Positions 36,334 through 47,590 are shown, counted from the stretch's first letter. The stretch is 64,000 bases of DNA from an uncultured Alphaproteobacteria bacterium (GCA_963751615.1 CAVVVG010000007.1:462110-526109); one strand, 5' to 3'. Notes: generated by a model not told the origin, from the letters alone. Translations and numbers: made by a program.

Positions 36334-37656
36334 TTAATGAACGAAGCGCAGCGCGAACAAGGTAAGTGCGGGAAAGAAGAGAAGCAAAAGCACGCGCACG
36401 AAATCCGAAATTAGGAATGGCATGATGCCCCGATAAATCTCCCCAATCGGGACCGTCTTTGCGATATTGGCAACGACATAGACGGTGAGTCCCACGGGCG
36501 GAGCAATCAGTCCGATCGAAACAACCACCAGCATCAAAATTCCGAACCAAATCGCTTTTTCCTCAATCGTCATGCCGAAAAGATTCAGCGCGAGAATCGT
36601 CGGCAACAGAACCGGCAGCAAAAGTAGCATCATTGCCAGCTCATCGAGGATACAGGTCAGTACCACGAATAACAGTAGGAATCCGCCAACTATCATTAAC
36701 GGATGATAATCAAGGCCAGTTGCCCAGTTGGCGACATCTGTCGGCACCTGCGAAACCGCCAGCGCCGTGTTCATCATCGAGGCACCTAACAGCATGGTAT
36801 AAATCATCGCCGATGCCTGCGCGGCCGGCAGAAAACATTTTATGGCGGAGTGCCAGCTAATCTGACGGCGCAGGATCGCGAGCAAAAGCGTCGCAGACGC
36901 GCCGACGGATGCACCTTCGGTCGGCGTAAAGAAGCCGCCGTAAATTCCCACAAACATCACGGTGAAGATCGCGGCGATCGGCCATGCCTCTCCAACCGCT
37001 TGGAGCGTTTCGCCGGCGCTTGCCTTCGGCTGGATCTTTGCATGGCCGGGATACATGCGGACGTAGACCGCGATCGCGATCATGTAACCGATCGCGGCGA
37101 TGATTCCCGGAATCACTGCCGCGGCGAATAGTTTGATGATGCTTTGTTCCGCAAGGAAGGCGTAGATAATGAGAATGAAAGATGGCGGAACGAGAATGCC
37201 GAGCGTACCGCCCGCCGCCAGTGTTCCGGTCGAGAGCCGGTCGGAATAATCCAAACGTTTCATTTCCGGCAGCACAACCTGCGCCATAGTCGCGGCGGTC
37301 GCGACCGAAGAGCCGCTGATCGCTCCGAAACACGCACAGGCGATAATCGAGGCCTGCGCCACACCGCCATTTACATGGCCCACTAGCGCGTTCGCCGCCT
37401 TGAATAAGCTACGGGAAAATCCGGCGACCGAGGCGAACTGACCCATCAGCAAGAACAGCGGAATGACTGAGAGGTCGTAAACCGAAAACCGCGCCCACAA
37501 GAGGCCCTTGAGATAGCTCAGCAGCGCGTTCTCGCCGACGATCCACCAGTAACCGGCAGCACCTGCCGCAAACATCGCTGCGCCGAGCGGCACGCGCATC
37601 GCGATCAAAATCATCATACCGCCGGCAATGATGCTAGCGACTTCGACTTTATTCAT
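36334..37656 (-). CDS. dctM: TRAP transporter large permease
   Basis: About 440 aa, polytopic. The ATG at 37656 overlaps the dctQ stop (ATGAATAA), which is typical coupling. Confidence 0.85.
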   Translation of the reverse strand: MNKVEVASIIAGGMMILIAMRVPLGAAMFAAGAAGYWWIVGENALLSYLKGLLWARFSVYDLSVIPLFLLMGQFASVAGFSRSLFKAANALVGHVNGGVAQASIIACACFGAISGSSVATAATMAQVVLPEMKRLDYSDRLSTGTLAAGGTLGILVPPSFILIIYAFLAEQSIIKLFAAAVIPGIIAAIGYMIAIAVYVRMYPGHAKIQPKASAGETLQAVGEAWPIAAIFTVMFVGIYGGFFTPTEGASVGASATLLLAILRRQISWHSAIKCFLPAAQASAMIYTMLLGASMMNTALAVSQVPTDVANWATGLDYHPLMIVGGFLLLFVVLTCILDELAMMLLLLPVLLPTILALNLFGMTIEEKAIWFGILMLVVVSIGLIAPPVGLTVYVVANIAKTVPIGEIYRGIMPFLISDFVRVLLLLFFPALTLFALRFVH

Positions 37657-38161
37657 TGACGGTAGGCCCCGATACATTGATTCCAAGGCTTTGCGCCAAC
37701 GCGGTAATGCCTGCGAGAAAAACGCCCGGAAGCATTCCGAAATAACCGATCCAGATCGGAAAGCTCATGAGCATGCTGGTCTCGCCTGCTCGCCTTATAT
37801 CGATCCCACCGACAACCGCGCGCCAGCCGACAGTCAAGAACATCAACGCCATAACGAAACAGCCGAAACGATCAAGCCAGCCCCGCGTGCGATCCCCCAA
37901 CCTCAGCGTAAAAATATCAACGAAAATATTTCCGCCGTTGGCCTGGCAATAAGACAAAAACAAGGTGCCTGCGACTGCCGTACCGATCTCCACCAATTCG
38001 AAATCGCCGAGGATCGGTTTGCTTGCGATCGTGCGTCCGATAATACTGATCGCCGACATAATACCAATCACAGCGATGATCGCGCCGCCAGCATAGGCGA
38101 ACAGCACGGAAAGCTTGTGGAGAACGACCCCCAGCGTGGAATTTCCTGTACGTGCATCCAT
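37649..38161 (-). CDS. dctQ: TRAP transporter small permease
   Basis: 170 aa with 4 hydrophobic helices, located immediately upstream of dctM. Confidence 0.8.
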   Translation of the reverse strand: MDARTGNSTLGVVLHKLSVLFAYAGGAIIAVIGIMSAISIIGRTIASKPILGDFELVEIGTAVAGTLFLSYCQANGGNIFVDIFTLRLGDRTRGWLDRFGCFVMALMFLTVGWRAVVGGIDIRRAGETSMLMSFPIWIGYFGMLPGVFLAGITALAQSLGINVSGPTVNE

Positions 38162-38360
38162 CGTACTGGTTGGCCCCCCGAATTTTCCAGCGACTATCGG
38201 GCATATAGCTTGACCGACGCGTTGGCAACGGCGAGATTTGTGCGCGTCAGCTCAAGTCGATGAAGTAACCGGCTCTTACTGAAATAATTCCTGCCTAAGA
38301 ACATCCTGCTTCAAACTGTCGCAAAACAACGCAGCGCAATAAAATCGGTCGGTGCGGGGG

Positions 38361-39239
38361 TTAATTCAGCGGACCGCTAGGCCGTTGCTCAGTTTCGCCT
38401 GGTGCGCCATGCAGGGTGGCGCCGGATACGGTAGCAAAATGCGCGCGCTCCAGTTTCTTATAATGAAAATAGGCGAAAGGGATGCAAGCAAGATAGGCGA
38501 GTGTGCCAAAACTCAAAACTTCCCATGGGTAACTGACGAGCATCGCGGCGAGCAGCACGACAAGAACTAGAATTGGCAACACATAATCGCGCGGCACGCG
38601 GCCGGAGATGCGCTTGCCGGACCACGTCGGTATCCACGACACCAGCAAGAGCGCGATGCCAATGACGTAGGCAACCGCGACGGCGGCGCTCGCGAACGTG
38701 TGGGGCAAGCCCATCAATTCGAAATAGATCGGCAGCATCACGATCAGCGCGCCAGCGGGCGCGGGTACGCCGACAAAGAAATTTCCCGCGAAGGGTGGCT
38801 TGTTCGGATCGTCGAGCATGACATTGAACCGCGCCAGACGGAGCGACATGCAGATCGCGAAGACGAGCGCCGCGATCCAGCCGACGGAACGCAACGAATT
38901 CAATCCCCAGAAGTACAGCACAAGGGCCGGCGCCACGCCGAAATTTACGAAGTCGGCGAGCGAGTCAAGCTGCGCGCCGAAGCGCGAGGTGCTTTGCAGA
39001 AGCCGCGCAATGCGGCCGTCAATCCCGTCGAGCAAGGCGGCTACGAGTATGGCTGTGATTGCGAGCTCGAACTTAGCCTCGAACGCCATGCGAATCGCAG
39101 TAAGACCCAGACAAAGTGAAAGAAGCGTAATCAGGTTTGGAACAAGCGCGCGAAACGGAATGGGTTTGAAACGCCGGCGGCGCGGCTCGTCGCCTTCGGG
39201 CTCGAACGGTGCAAAGAGGTTCGACGATGACATCGACAT
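38361..39239 (-). CDS. pssA: CDP-diacylglycerol--serine O-phosphatidyltransferase
   Basis: CDP-alcohol phosphatidyltransferase motif DGIDGRIARLLQSTSRFGAQLDSLAD. Confidence 0.9.
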   Translation of the reverse strand: MSMSSSNLFAPFEPEGDEPRRRRFKPIPFRALVPNLITLLSLCLGLTAIRMAFEAKFELAITAILVAALLDGIDGRIARLLQSTSRFGAQLDSLADFVNFGVAPALVLYFWGLNSLRSVGWIAALVFAICMSLRLARFNVMLDDPNKPPFAGNFFVGVPAPAGALIVMLPIYFELMGLPHTFASAAVAVAYVIGIALLLVSWIPTWSGKRISGRVPRDYVLPILVLVVLLAAMLVSYPWEVLSFGTLAYLACIPFAYFHYKKLERAHFATVSGATLHGAPGETEQRPSGPLN

Positions 39240-39285
39240 GATAGAAGGATACTCCTCACCGACGACGCGCGAAAGCGGGCCCCGA

Positions 39286-39996
39286 TCAGTCGGCGCGGAA
39301 GGTTAACGTCTTCTGGGATTGCGTCGAAAGATCGGCAATCACCGTCTCGCCCGCAAGCGCCGTTTGTCCCTCAGAAACGAGCGGCTTTGTGCCGGCTGGA
39401 AGATAGACGTCCACGCGCGAGCCGAAACGGATCAGACCGATGCGCTGCCCGGCGGCAAGAGTTCCGCCCTCGCGCACAAAACAGACGATCCGGCGCGCGA
39501 TCAGCCCGGCGATTTGCACGACGCCGATGGTAGCCGAGCCGCTGCGAATGACGAGACCGTTCCGTTCATTGTCCTCGCTCGCCTTGTCCAATTCGGCATT
39601 TAGGAATTTTCCGGGCTTATAGACGATCTTCTCAATCATGCCCGCCACGGGTGCGCGATTCACATGCACGTTGAGCACGTTCATGAAAATCGAAACGCGC
39701 GTTCGCATCTCCATACCCATGTCAAGTTCGGACGGCGGCGAGGCGAGCGCGATCTGGGATATGCGTCCGTCGGCCGGAGAAACGACAATCCCCTCGCCCT
39801 GCGGCGTGACCCGCGTTGGATCGCGGAAGAAATACGCGCACCATGCCGTCGCTATCACACCAATCCAGCCAAGCGGCTTTGCAATCCAGAACAAAATGAT
39901 CACACCGAGCGCAAAAGCGCCGATGAACGGATAACCCTCGGGATGAATGGGCGCGAGGTTCTTCTTGATTGAGTCAATGATCGTCATGGAGTCCAT
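39286..39996 (-). CDS. psd: Phosphatidylserine decarboxylase proenzyme
   Basis: 236 aa with the C-terminal self-cleavage region [13 protein letters not shown]. Adjacent to pssA. Confidence 0.9.
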   Translation of the reverse strand: MDSMTIIDSIKKNLAPIHPEGYPFIGAFALGVIILFWIAKPLGWIGVIATAWCAYFFRDPTRVTPQGEGIVVSPADGRISQIALASPPSELDMGMEMRTRVSIFMNVLNVHVNRAPVAGMIEKIVYKPGKFLNAELDKASEDNERNGLVIRSGSATIGVVQIAGLIARRIVCFVREGGTLAAGQRIGLIRFGSRVDVYLPAGTKPLVSEGQTALAGETVIADLSTQSQKTLTFRAD

Positions 39997-40035
39997 CCAG
40001 CTTCGCTGACAGTTAGGCGAGTGCCGCTCGCGGCG

Positions 40036-42054
40036 TCAATCGAACGAGTGCCGGGCCTCTTTGAGACCGATCTCGCCAATCGGCAGATCGGCGGGCTTGG
40101 CCGGTGTCACGGCGGAAAGTGCATCCGCACCCGCATGCAGCAGTTTCTCGCGTGCTTCCGCGGCCTCGCGCTGGCGGTTCCACATACCAGCATAGAGACC
40201 GCCCTTGGAGAGCAACTCCGCGTGGGTGCCGCGCTCGACCAGCCTGCCATCATCCAGCACAATGATCTCATCGGCGCTGACCACGGTCGAAAGCCGGTGC
40301 GCGATTACAAGTGTGGTGCGGCCCTTCGAAACGCGATCAAGCGCATCCTGAATTTCCCTCTCGGTGTAAGAATCGAGTGCCGACGTTGCTTCATCAAGTA
40401 CGAGAATCGGCGGCCCCTTAAGAATTGTGCGCGCGATGGCGACGCGCTGTTTCTCACCGCCGGAGAGCTTCAGACCGCGCTCACCAACTTCGGTTTCATA
40501 ACCTTTCGGCGTCGAACGAATGAATTCATCTATTTGAGCAAGCCCCGCTGCCATCTCAATTTCTTCGTCTGTCGCGTCCCAGCGGCCATAATGAATATTG
40601 TAACGGATCGTATCGTTGAATAGCACGGTATCCTGCGGAACCATGCCAATCGCAGCGCGCAGCGAAAGCTGCGTCACATCCCGAATATTCTGCCCATCGA
40701 TGGTAATGCGGCCCTTTGAAAGATCATAAAAACGAAAGAGCAACCGCGAGATGGTCGACTTTCCGGCACCCGACGGACCGACAATCGCAAGCGTTTTTCC
40801 CGGCGGCACCTCGAATGAAATACCTTTCAGAATTTCTCGGCCTTGCTCGTAGGTGAAATGTACGTTCTCGAAGCGCACCGCACCTTCTCGCACGTCGAGC
40901 GGTTTCGCGCTCGGCCTGTCCTCGACCTCGGGATGGCGCGAGAGTAGGTCGAACATGATTTCAATGTCGGTGATCGACTGCTTAATCTCGCGGTAGAGCA
41001 TCCCCATGATATTCAGAGGAATGTAGAGTTGGATCAACATGGTGTTGACCATGACGAAGTCGCCGATAGTGCGCTGACCCGCCTGTACATCGAGCGCGCA
41101 GAGCAGCATCACGGCCGCGAGGCCGAGCGTGAAAATCACCGCTTGTCCAGCATTCAGCACGGCGAGTGACGTATAAGTAGACGTCGCCGCCTTTTCGTAG
41201 CGCGCCATGGTGAGGTCGTAGCGTTCGCCCTCGCGCGCCTCGGCGCCGAAATATTTTACCGTTTCGTAATTAAGCAGCGAGTCGACGGCTTTGGCATTCG
41301 CCTCTGTGTCAAACTCATTCATACGCTGGCGGATGGTAATGCGCCATTCGGTCGCCTGATAGGTATAGGCCAAATAAAAAGCAATCGTGATCAGGACCGC
41401 GAGCGCGTAGCGCCAATCGAACATGACTAATAGCACGCCAAGCACAAGAAATAGTTCCACCACGGTGGGCGTGAGCTGCAAAATCACGAGCCGAACTAAT
41501 TCCTCGATACCGTTTCGTCCGCGTTCCAAAATGCGCGTCAGCCCGCCCATCTTGCGCTCCAGATGAAAGCGCAGCGATAGCGCGTGCATGTGTTCGAAAG
41601 CGAGATGCGCGAGACGGCGCACGGCGTGAAGCGCGACCTTGGCAAACAAGCCGTCGCGCAATTGAGTCAATAACGCCATCGCGACGCGAAGTGCCGCGTA
41701 GGCGATCACGAGAGAAACAGGCGCCAACGCAATTGATGCCAGCGCGCTGATATTCGCGGGTGTACGCCCTTCGGACACGGCGACGAGCGCATCGGTCGTC
41801 CATTTGAAACTGAACGGCACTGCGATGGTGACGAGTTTCGCGCCGACCAGCAGCACAAAAGCCATTAAGACCCGCCGCTTCAGGTCAGCGCGCGCGCTGG
41901 GCCACATATGTGGCCACAACCCGCGAATCGTGGAAAAGAGCGTGCCGCCCTTGGCGGAAAACGGACGTAGGTTCGGCCGTTTCAACGCCGTAGCTTCTCC
42001 CCGGCCCAGGGATTCTTGGGCGCGCTCAATAACAATTTTGTCGTGAATATTCAT
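40036..42054 (-). CDS. ABC transporter permease/ATP-binding fusion protein (Atm1/ABCB7-like exporter)
   Basis: 672 aa with a 6-TM domain followed by Walker A GPSGAGKST, signature LSGGEKQR and Walker B ILVLDEATS. Confidence 0.9.
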   Translation of the reverse strand: MNIHDKIVIERAQESLGRGEATALKRPNLRPFSAKGGTLFSTIRGLWPHMWPSARADLKRRVLMAFVLLVGAKLVTIAVPFSFKWTTDALVAVSEGRTPANISALASIALAPVSLVIAYAALRVAMALLTQLRDGLFAKVALHAVRRLAHLAFEHMHALSLRFHLERKMGGLTRILERGRNGIEELVRLVILQLTPTVVELFLVLGVLLVMFDWRYALAVLITIAFYLAYTYQATEWRITIRQRMNEFDTEANAKAVDSLLNYETVKYFGAEAREGERYDLTMARYEKAATSTYTSLAVLNAGQAVIFTLGLAAVMLLCALDVQAGQRTIGDFVMVNTMLIQLYIPLNIMGMLYREIKQSITDIEIMFDLLSRHPEVEDRPSAKPLDVREGAVRFENVHFTYEQGREILKGISFEVPPGKTLAIVGPSGAGKSTISRLLFRFYDLSKGRITIDGQNIRDVTQLSLRAAIGMVPQDTVLFNDTIRYNIHYGRWDATDEEIEMAAGLAQIDEFIRSTPKGYETEVGERGLKLSGGEKQRVAIARTILKGPPILVLDEATSALDSYTEREIQDALDRVSKGRTTLVIAHRLSTVVSADEIIVLDDGRLVERGTHAELLSKGGLYAGMWNRQREAAEAREKLLHAGADALSAVTPAKPADLPIGEIGLKEARHSFD

Positions 42055-42177
42055 CGTTCTGAAAATACTATATAGGCGGCTCCGTGACCCCTCGCCAATG
42101 CCGAAAATTGGCCTATTTCAATACCATAGATGATCTCCTATATCGGGTTCATTCCTTCTCCAGCACTTGGAGCGATT

Positions 42178-42723
42178 ATGCAGACGCTATTTGCGCTTGC
42201 TGCTTTTTTCCTGCTCGCGGTTTTCCCTGCTCTTGCCCAGAATGCCACCGTCACTGCCCATCTCGGACCTGGGCAGACGGTCAATGTGACAGCCAACAAA
42301 GTTGCCAGCGAAAGTGCGTATATCGAAATCGCGTTGCCGAAAGGCGCCCAACGCTTCGATGGCATCGGAGAACAATTGATGCCTTTTCGCGTCAACGGCC
42401 ACGACACATTGCTGGCAGTCGAGGATTTCGACGGTGATGGTATCGACAAAATCATCGTACGCGGATCGGTTCCGCCCGAGGCGAGCGCAATCCTTGTCTA
42501 CCAATGGGATGGACAGAAGCGCGAATACGTACAGGTTGAATTTACCAATGATCAAGACGAGGCAAAGCCGTTCTTGTTTGCTGACGCAAAAAGTGCAGTA
42601 TCGATCGACAAGACAGGTATCGAAATTCGCGTCGAACGTGCCGATCAGAACGGCCGAACGGCTTCGGTGATCGAGCGTTACAAATGGGACGGCACGAGCT
42701 TTCATTACGCCGCGGATAATTGA
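42178..42723 (+). CDS. Secreted hypothetical protein (FG-GAP/VCBS-like DGDG motif)
   Basis: Signal peptide MQTLFALAAFFLLAVFPALAQN, FDGDGIDKIIV, GGAG RBS. Confidence 0.55.
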   Translation: MQTLFALAAFFLLAVFPALAQNATVTAHLGPGQTVNVTANKVASESAYIEIALPKGAQRFDGIGEQLMPFRVNGHDTLLAVEDFDGDGIDKIIVRGSVPPEASAILVYQWDGQKREYVQVEFTNDQDEAKPFLFADAKSAVSIDKTGIEIRVERADQNGRTASVIERYKWDGTSFHYAADN

Positions 42724-42729
42724 AAACTC

Positions 42730-43335
42730 ATGGCGAAAATTAAAAACGTTTGCGTCTATTGCGGTTCGGCGCAGGGTTCAAACGTTGCCTATCTTCGGGC
42801 TGCCCGCGTCTTCGGTACAGCGCTCGCGCGTGAAAATATCCGACTCATCTATGGCGGCGGCGGTATCGGCATGATGGGCGCGGTTGCTGATGCCGTTCAG
42901 GAGAATGGCGGTTCGGTGCTTGGCATTATCCCGGAATTTTTGATCGCACGCGAGCATGCCAAGAAAAGCAAACGAGATCTGTTCGTCGTGCCGGACATGC
43001 ATGAACGCAAACGCACCATGTTCGAGAAGGCCGATGCGTTCGTCGCTCTGCCTGGTGGCATCGGAACGTTGGAGGAGCTGGTCGAGCAACTTGCATGGCT
43101 CCAGCTTGAGCGACATCGGAAGCCGCTGCTACTTGCTAATATTAAAGGTTTCTGGAATCCGCTGATCGCCCTCTTCCAACACTTGCAGACCGAAGGGTTC
43201 ATCTATGGCGAGCTTCCCGTTCTGGTCGCCGACAAGGCCGAGGATATCGTGCCGAAGCTCAAGGCCGCTGCGAAATTAATTACCGAACGCGAATTGCACG
43301 GCACCGCATCGCAAACAGTGACTGAGCACATCTAG
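42730..43335 (+). CDS. LOG family protein (TIGR00730; cytokinin riboside 5'-monophosphate phosphoribohydrolase-like)
   Basis: VYCGSAQGSN, GGGGIGMMG and the PGGIGTLEEL motif. Confidence 0.85.
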   Translation: MAKIKNVCVYCGSAQGSNVAYLRAARVFGTALARENIRLIYGGGGIGMMGAVADAVQENGGSVLGIIPEFLIAREHAKKSKRDLFVVPDMHERKRTMFEKADAFVALPGGIGTLEELVEQLAWLQLERHRKPLLLANIKGFWNPLIALFQHLQTEGFIYGELPVLVADKAEDIVPKLKAAAKLITERELHGTASQTVTEHI

Positions 43336-43418
43336 AGCTGCAACTTCGGAATTTCTTCAATTCTTTTGTTCGGCGGTGTCAGAAGTCCAGCGAGCACAGG
43401 AGAATAATGATTCGTTCA

Positions 43419-43805
43419 CTAATCGAGAACGAACGTTACGGCTTCAATTTTGTTTCCATCCGGATCGCGAATGAACGCGGCAAAATAGGTTTTCGCATAT
43501 TCTGGCCTCGGCGCCGGCGGTCCATCGGATGTCGCGCCCGCCTTAATCGCCGCCGCGTAAAACGCCTCGACCGCGTCCTTGCTTTTGGCACGTAGACAAA
43601 TATGGACACCGCTATTCGCGAAAACGGGCTTCATCTCTGGCCGCGCATTGATCCAGAATTCGGCGTGCGACTTGCCGGGACGGCCCCAGCCCACCGTATT
43701 TTCCCGATCGTGCATTTTGACATAGCCAAGCGGCGCCAGAACATTATCGTAAAAGCGTGTGCTCGACTTGAGATCGCGAACCGCTATGGAGATGTGATCG
43801 ATCAT
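43419..43805 (-). CDS. VOC (glyoxalase/bleomycin resistance) family protein
   Basis: 128 aa with MIDHISIAVRDLKSSTRFY... and ...DPDGNKIEAV. Confidence 0.8.
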   Translation of the reverse strand: MIDHISIAVRDLKSSTRFYDNVLAPLGYVKMHDRENTVGWGRPGKSHAEFWINARPEMKPVFANSGVHICLRAKSKDAVEAFYAAAIKAGATSDGPPAPRPEYAKTYFAAFIRDPDGNKIEAVTFVLD

Positions 43806-43807
43806 AT

Positions 43808-45400
43808 TTAGGCCGGCGCGTTGCTCTTGAGTAATTTCCAGGTGATCGAATCGACCAGCGCCTGGAACGATGCATCGATAATATTGGGTGAAACTCCGAC
43901 CGTCGTCCAGCGATCCCCAGTTTCGTCGGACGATTCGATCAACACGCGTGTCACTGCCTCGGTGCCGCCGTCGAGAATGCGGACGCGATAATCGGTGAGC
44001 CTCAGGCCCTCGATATAAGGCTGATACTTGCCGAGATCCTTGCGCAGCGCGACATCGAGCGCGTTCACCGGGCCGTTGCCCTCGCCCGCCGACATCAATG
44101 TCTCGCCGTCGACTTTCACCTTTACGGTCGCTTCCGCGATCGTGATGAGCTCACCCTTCGCATTGTAACGCCGCTCCACGCTTACGTTGAAGCGCTCAAC
44201 ATCAAAATAATCCGGCACCTTGCCAAGCATACGCTGCGCCAACAGCGCAAAAGATGCATCCGCCGCTTCATAGGCGTAGCCCTTCGCTTCGCGTTCCTTC
44301 ACCTCATCGAGCAGCCTTGAAATGCGGGAATCGTTTTTGTCGATTACGACACCGATACGCTCGAGTTCCGCAAGCACATTAGACCTGCCTCCCTGATCGG
44401 ACACGAGCAGCTTGCGGCGATTGCCGACGGCTTCAGGGGTGACGTGCTCGTACGTTTTTGGATCTTTCATGATAGCGGAGGCATGGATACCGGCCTTAGT
44501 CGCGAACGCGCTTTCGCCAACATAGGGTGCGTGTCGATCCGGGGCTCGGTTTAGCATCTCGTCGAGCGTATGCGAAACGTGCGTAAGGCGCGAGAGCGCA
44601 TCGGATTTCACGTGAATGTCAAAATGCGCGGTGTATTCGGATTTCAATAGCAGCGTTGGAATGATCGAACACATATTAGCATTGCCGCAGCGCTCGCCGA
44701 CGCCATTTAATGTTCCCTGAATTTGCCTTGCCCCCGCGCGCACAGCAGCAAACGAATTTGCTACCGCCTGTTCGGTGTCGTTGTGAGCGTGGATGCCGAT
44801 GTGATCGCCGGGAATAATTTTAGTTACCTCGCCAACAATCTGTTCAACCTCATGCGGCAGGGTTCCGCCGTTGGTATCGCACAATACGACCCAGCGTGCG
44901 CCGGCGTCATAGGCAGCCTTCGCACAGGCGAGCGCGTATTTGGGATCATCCTTGTAGCCATCAAAAAAATGTTCGCAGTCGATCAGCACTTCGCGGCCGG
45001 TCGCTCTCGCCGCTTCAACCGATTCCTTTATGGAGGCGAGGTTCTCTTCCGGTTGCACTTGGAGCGCGACCCGTACCTGAAAAGCCGAGCTTTTGGCGAC
45101 GAGGCAGATCGCATCGGCCTCGGCGGCGAGCGTGGCTGCAAGCCCTGGATCGTTCGAAGCTGACCGGCCCGTGCGCTTGGTCATGCCGAAAGCCGTGAAC
45201 TTCGATTTCGTTTCGCGTCTCTCGGAAAATAGCGCGGTATCGGTCGGGTTCGCGCCCGGATAGCCGCCTTCGACATAATCGAGCCCAAGATCATCCAGTA
45301 GACGCATCACCCGCAGCTTGTCGGCAAGCGTAAAGTCAACGCCGTTCATCTGCACGCCATCGCGCAGAGTGGTGTCGAAGAGATAGAGACGTTCTTTCAT
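43808..45400 (-). CDS. cimA: Citramalate synthase (LeuA-related, TIGR00977-like)
   Basis: LFDTTLRDGVQ, HAHNDTEQAVANS and a C-terminal LeuA-dimer-like regulatory domain. 530 aa. Confidence 0.8.
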   Translation of the reverse strand: MKERLYLFDTTLRDGVQMNGVDFTLADKLRVMRLLDDLGLDYVEGGYPGANPTDTALFSERRETKSKFTAFGMTKRTGRSASNDPGLAATLAAEADAICLVAKSSAFQVRVALQVQPEENLASIKESVEAARATGREVLIDCEHFFDGYKDDPKYALACAKAAYDAGARWVVLCDTNGGTLPHEVEQIVGEVTKIIPGDHIGIHAHNDTEQAVANSFAAVRAGARQIQGTLNGVGERCGNANMCSIIPTLLLKSEYTAHFDIHVKSDALSRLTHVSHTLDEMLNRAPDRHAPYVGESAFATKAGIHASAIMKDPKTYEHVTPEAVGNRRKLLVSDQGGRSNVLAELERIGVVIDKNDSRISRLLDEVKEREAKGYAYEAADASFALLAQRMLGKVPDYFDVERFNVSVERRYNAKGELITIAEATVKVKVDGETLMSAGEGNGPVNALDVALRKDLGKYQPYIEGLRLTDYRVRILDGGTEAVTRVLIESSDETGDRWTTVGVSPNIIDASFQALVDSITWKLLKSNAPA

Positions 45401-45553
45401 GGCTTCATCCAGAGATTCAAGTTCGCCCTGAGGGCACGCTTTTGTGCGAAATTACCGCGCCAAAATATGGAGTCGTTTCAATGAGATGAAGCGCCTGATT
45501 CAGACTACGAATTCGATTCAACTCGTTAAGAAACCGATTCAATTGAGCACGTC

Positions 45554-46885
45554 TCATCGCGCGACCTCCCAGGTGGTGGTGCCGTCCTTGTTGTCTTTCA
45601 GCACGACGCCCATTTTTACGAGTTCATCGCGGAGGCGGTCAGACTCCTTGAAGTTCTTGGCTCTGCGGGCGGCGTTACGAGCGGCGACGAGCTTGTCGAC
45701 CGAACCGTTATCCACTTTGATCTGGTTCGCCGGACGACGAAGGCCAAGCACGTGGAGAGCCGGAGCAAGTTTTGCAAGATCGCCGTTCTTATGCATTGCA
45801 TGCAATTCGGTGATCGCTTGCGGCGTGTTGAGGTCATCGCATAGAGCGTCGAGAAACTCCGACACAAGCGCATCGCCCTTAGGATTATCCGCATCAGGAA
45901 AATCCGTAAGCGAACGAAGAATATTCCTGCTCTCCTCGAGCGCCTTGCTAGTCCAGTCTATCGGCTGACGATAATGCGTGCGAAGCATATTAAAACGGAT
46001 GACCTCGCCCGACCAGCCATCATTCAGCAACTGCCTGATCGTGACAAAATTGCCGAGCGACTTCGACATTTTATCGCCTTCGACCTGCAGGAATCCGTTG
46101 TGCATCCAGACATTGGCCATGACCTTGGTATGAAAAGCGCAGCGCGATTGCGCAATTTCGTTCTCATGGTGCGGAAAGACCAGATCGATGCCACCACCGT
46201 GGATGTCGAAGGTTTCGCCGAGATGTTTCCAACTCATAGCGGAGCATTCGATGTGCCAGCCGGGACGGCCCTTGACCTTAATGCCGCAGGGCGAAGTCCA
46301 CGCCGGCTCTCCGGCCTTCGACGGTTTCCACAGCACGAAATCCATGCCATCGCGTTTGTACGGCGCGACCTCGACGCGGGCGCCCGCCATCATCTCATCA
46401 GGTGATCGGTGTGCAAGCTTACCGTAGTCGGGCATCGAGGCGACATGAAAGAGCACATGGTCCTCGGCGACATAGGCGAAACCCTCGCTATGGAGGCGCT
46501 CGATAAGAGTCTTCATCTCCTCTATGTGCTCGGTCGCACGTGGCTCCACTGTCGGCGGTAGGCAGCCGAGTGCGTCCACGTCCTGTTTGAAGTTTTTGTA
46601 AGTCTCTTCGGTCAGTTTACGGATTGAGATATCGCGTTCCGCCGCGCGCGCATTAATCTTGTCATCGACGTCAGTGACGTTACGGACATATCTGACGTGA
46701 TCGGCTCCATAAAGATGGCGCAAAAGGCGGAATAGCACATCGAAGACAATAACGGGCCGCGCATTGCCAATATGGGCGAAGTCATAGACAGTAGGCCCGC
46801 ACACATACATGCGCACGCGTGCGGGATCGAGAGGCTTGAAGAACTCTTTCGTCCGCGTCAGCGTATTGTACAGCTTCAATTCCAT
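45554..46885 (-). CDS. cysS: Cysteine--tRNA ligase
   Basis: HIGNARP and KMSKSLGN class I motifs. The start [11 protein letters not shown] is preferred over the upstream ATG at 46918. Confidence 0.95.
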   Translation of the reverse strand: MELKLYNTLTRTKEFFKPLDPARVRMYVCGPTVYDFAHIGNARPVIVFDVLFRLLRHLYGADHVRYVRNVTDVDDKINARAAERDISIRKLTEETYKNFKQDVDALGCLPPTVEPRATEHIEEMKTLIERLHSEGFAYVAEDHVLFHVASMPDYGKLAHRSPDEMMAGARVEVAPYKRDGMDFVLWKPSKAGEPAWTSPCGIKVKGRPGWHIECSAMSWKHLGETFDIHGGGIDLVFPHHENEIAQSRCAFHTKVMANVWMHNGFLQVEGDKMSKSLGNFVTIRQLLNDGWSGEVIRFNMLRTHYRQPIDWTSKALEESRNILRSLTDFPDADNPKGDALVSEFLDALCDDLNTPQAITELHAMHKNGDLAKLAPALHVLGLRRPANQIKVDNGSVDKLVAARNAARRAKNFKESDRLRDELVKMGVVLKDNKDGTTTWEVAR

Positions 46886-47205
46886 AACGTCCCTTGCCTG
46901 GCGGGCCAGGACGTTCATCTCAACCGATCGAGAAGAAAACGGCCCCGCCCGCGCCCCTTAGGCGCAGATAATCTCACGGCAAATGCCGAAGAAACGGTTG
47001 CAGGCCGAACTCATGCGGGCAGCATGCGTGGACCCCTGCGCCGCGTCAAGACTTTCGTGTTGGGAGTAGATTGTATCCCTGAAGCCGCAAATGACCGTCT
47101 AATTATCGACATCTGGCAGAGTGCCGTTCGCCTTCGGCATATTAACGCCTGATCAACCTTAATAGCGCACTTTGTCCTTGTCGGGATCGCGCAAAGGGTT
47201 GGTCT

Positions 47206-47514
47206 GTGAAAGTAAGCTTTGTTGTTGCGGCATTGGTTGGCACAATGGTTGTGCAAGCGGCATCGGCCGAAACACATATATTCCTGATCGACAGTTTCGG
47301 TGGTTACGGAATCGACCGCTGCCTCGCTTCCGGCGAAGCCTGCGGCGAGGCCGCCGCCACTACCCTTTGCCGAAACAGGGAATATGTGAAATCGGTCGAT
47401 TACGGACGTATTGATCCAAGCGAGATTACGGGCGGAGTTTCCATGGGTGCGAAGACAATGATCTGTAAGGGCAGTTCATGTCCGGAAGTCATTGCCATTA
47501 CTTGTAGCCGCTAA
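47206..47514 (+). CDS. Small secreted cysteine-rich hypothetical protein
   Basis: Signal peptide MKVSFVVAALVGTMVVQAASA and 7 cysteines in the mature part. Confidence 0.55.
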   Translation: MKVSFVVAALVGTMVVQAASAETHIFLIDSFGGYGIDRCLASGEACGEAAATTLCRNREYVKSVDYGRIDPSEITGGVSMGAKTMICKGSSCPEVIAITCSR

Positions 47515-47560
47515 CTCGCCTGAAAGATCTAAGCGAGATTAAAACCATCCAAAAAGCAAA

Positions 47561-47590
47561 ACGGCCGCCCGAAGGCGGCCGTCTGTATTT
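47561..47590. terminator. Bidirectional rho-independent terminator between convergent genes
   Basis: acggccgcc-cgaa-ggcggccgt is a perfect 9-bp GC stem. It is flanked by an A-run upstream and ctgtattt downstream. Confidence 0.6.
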
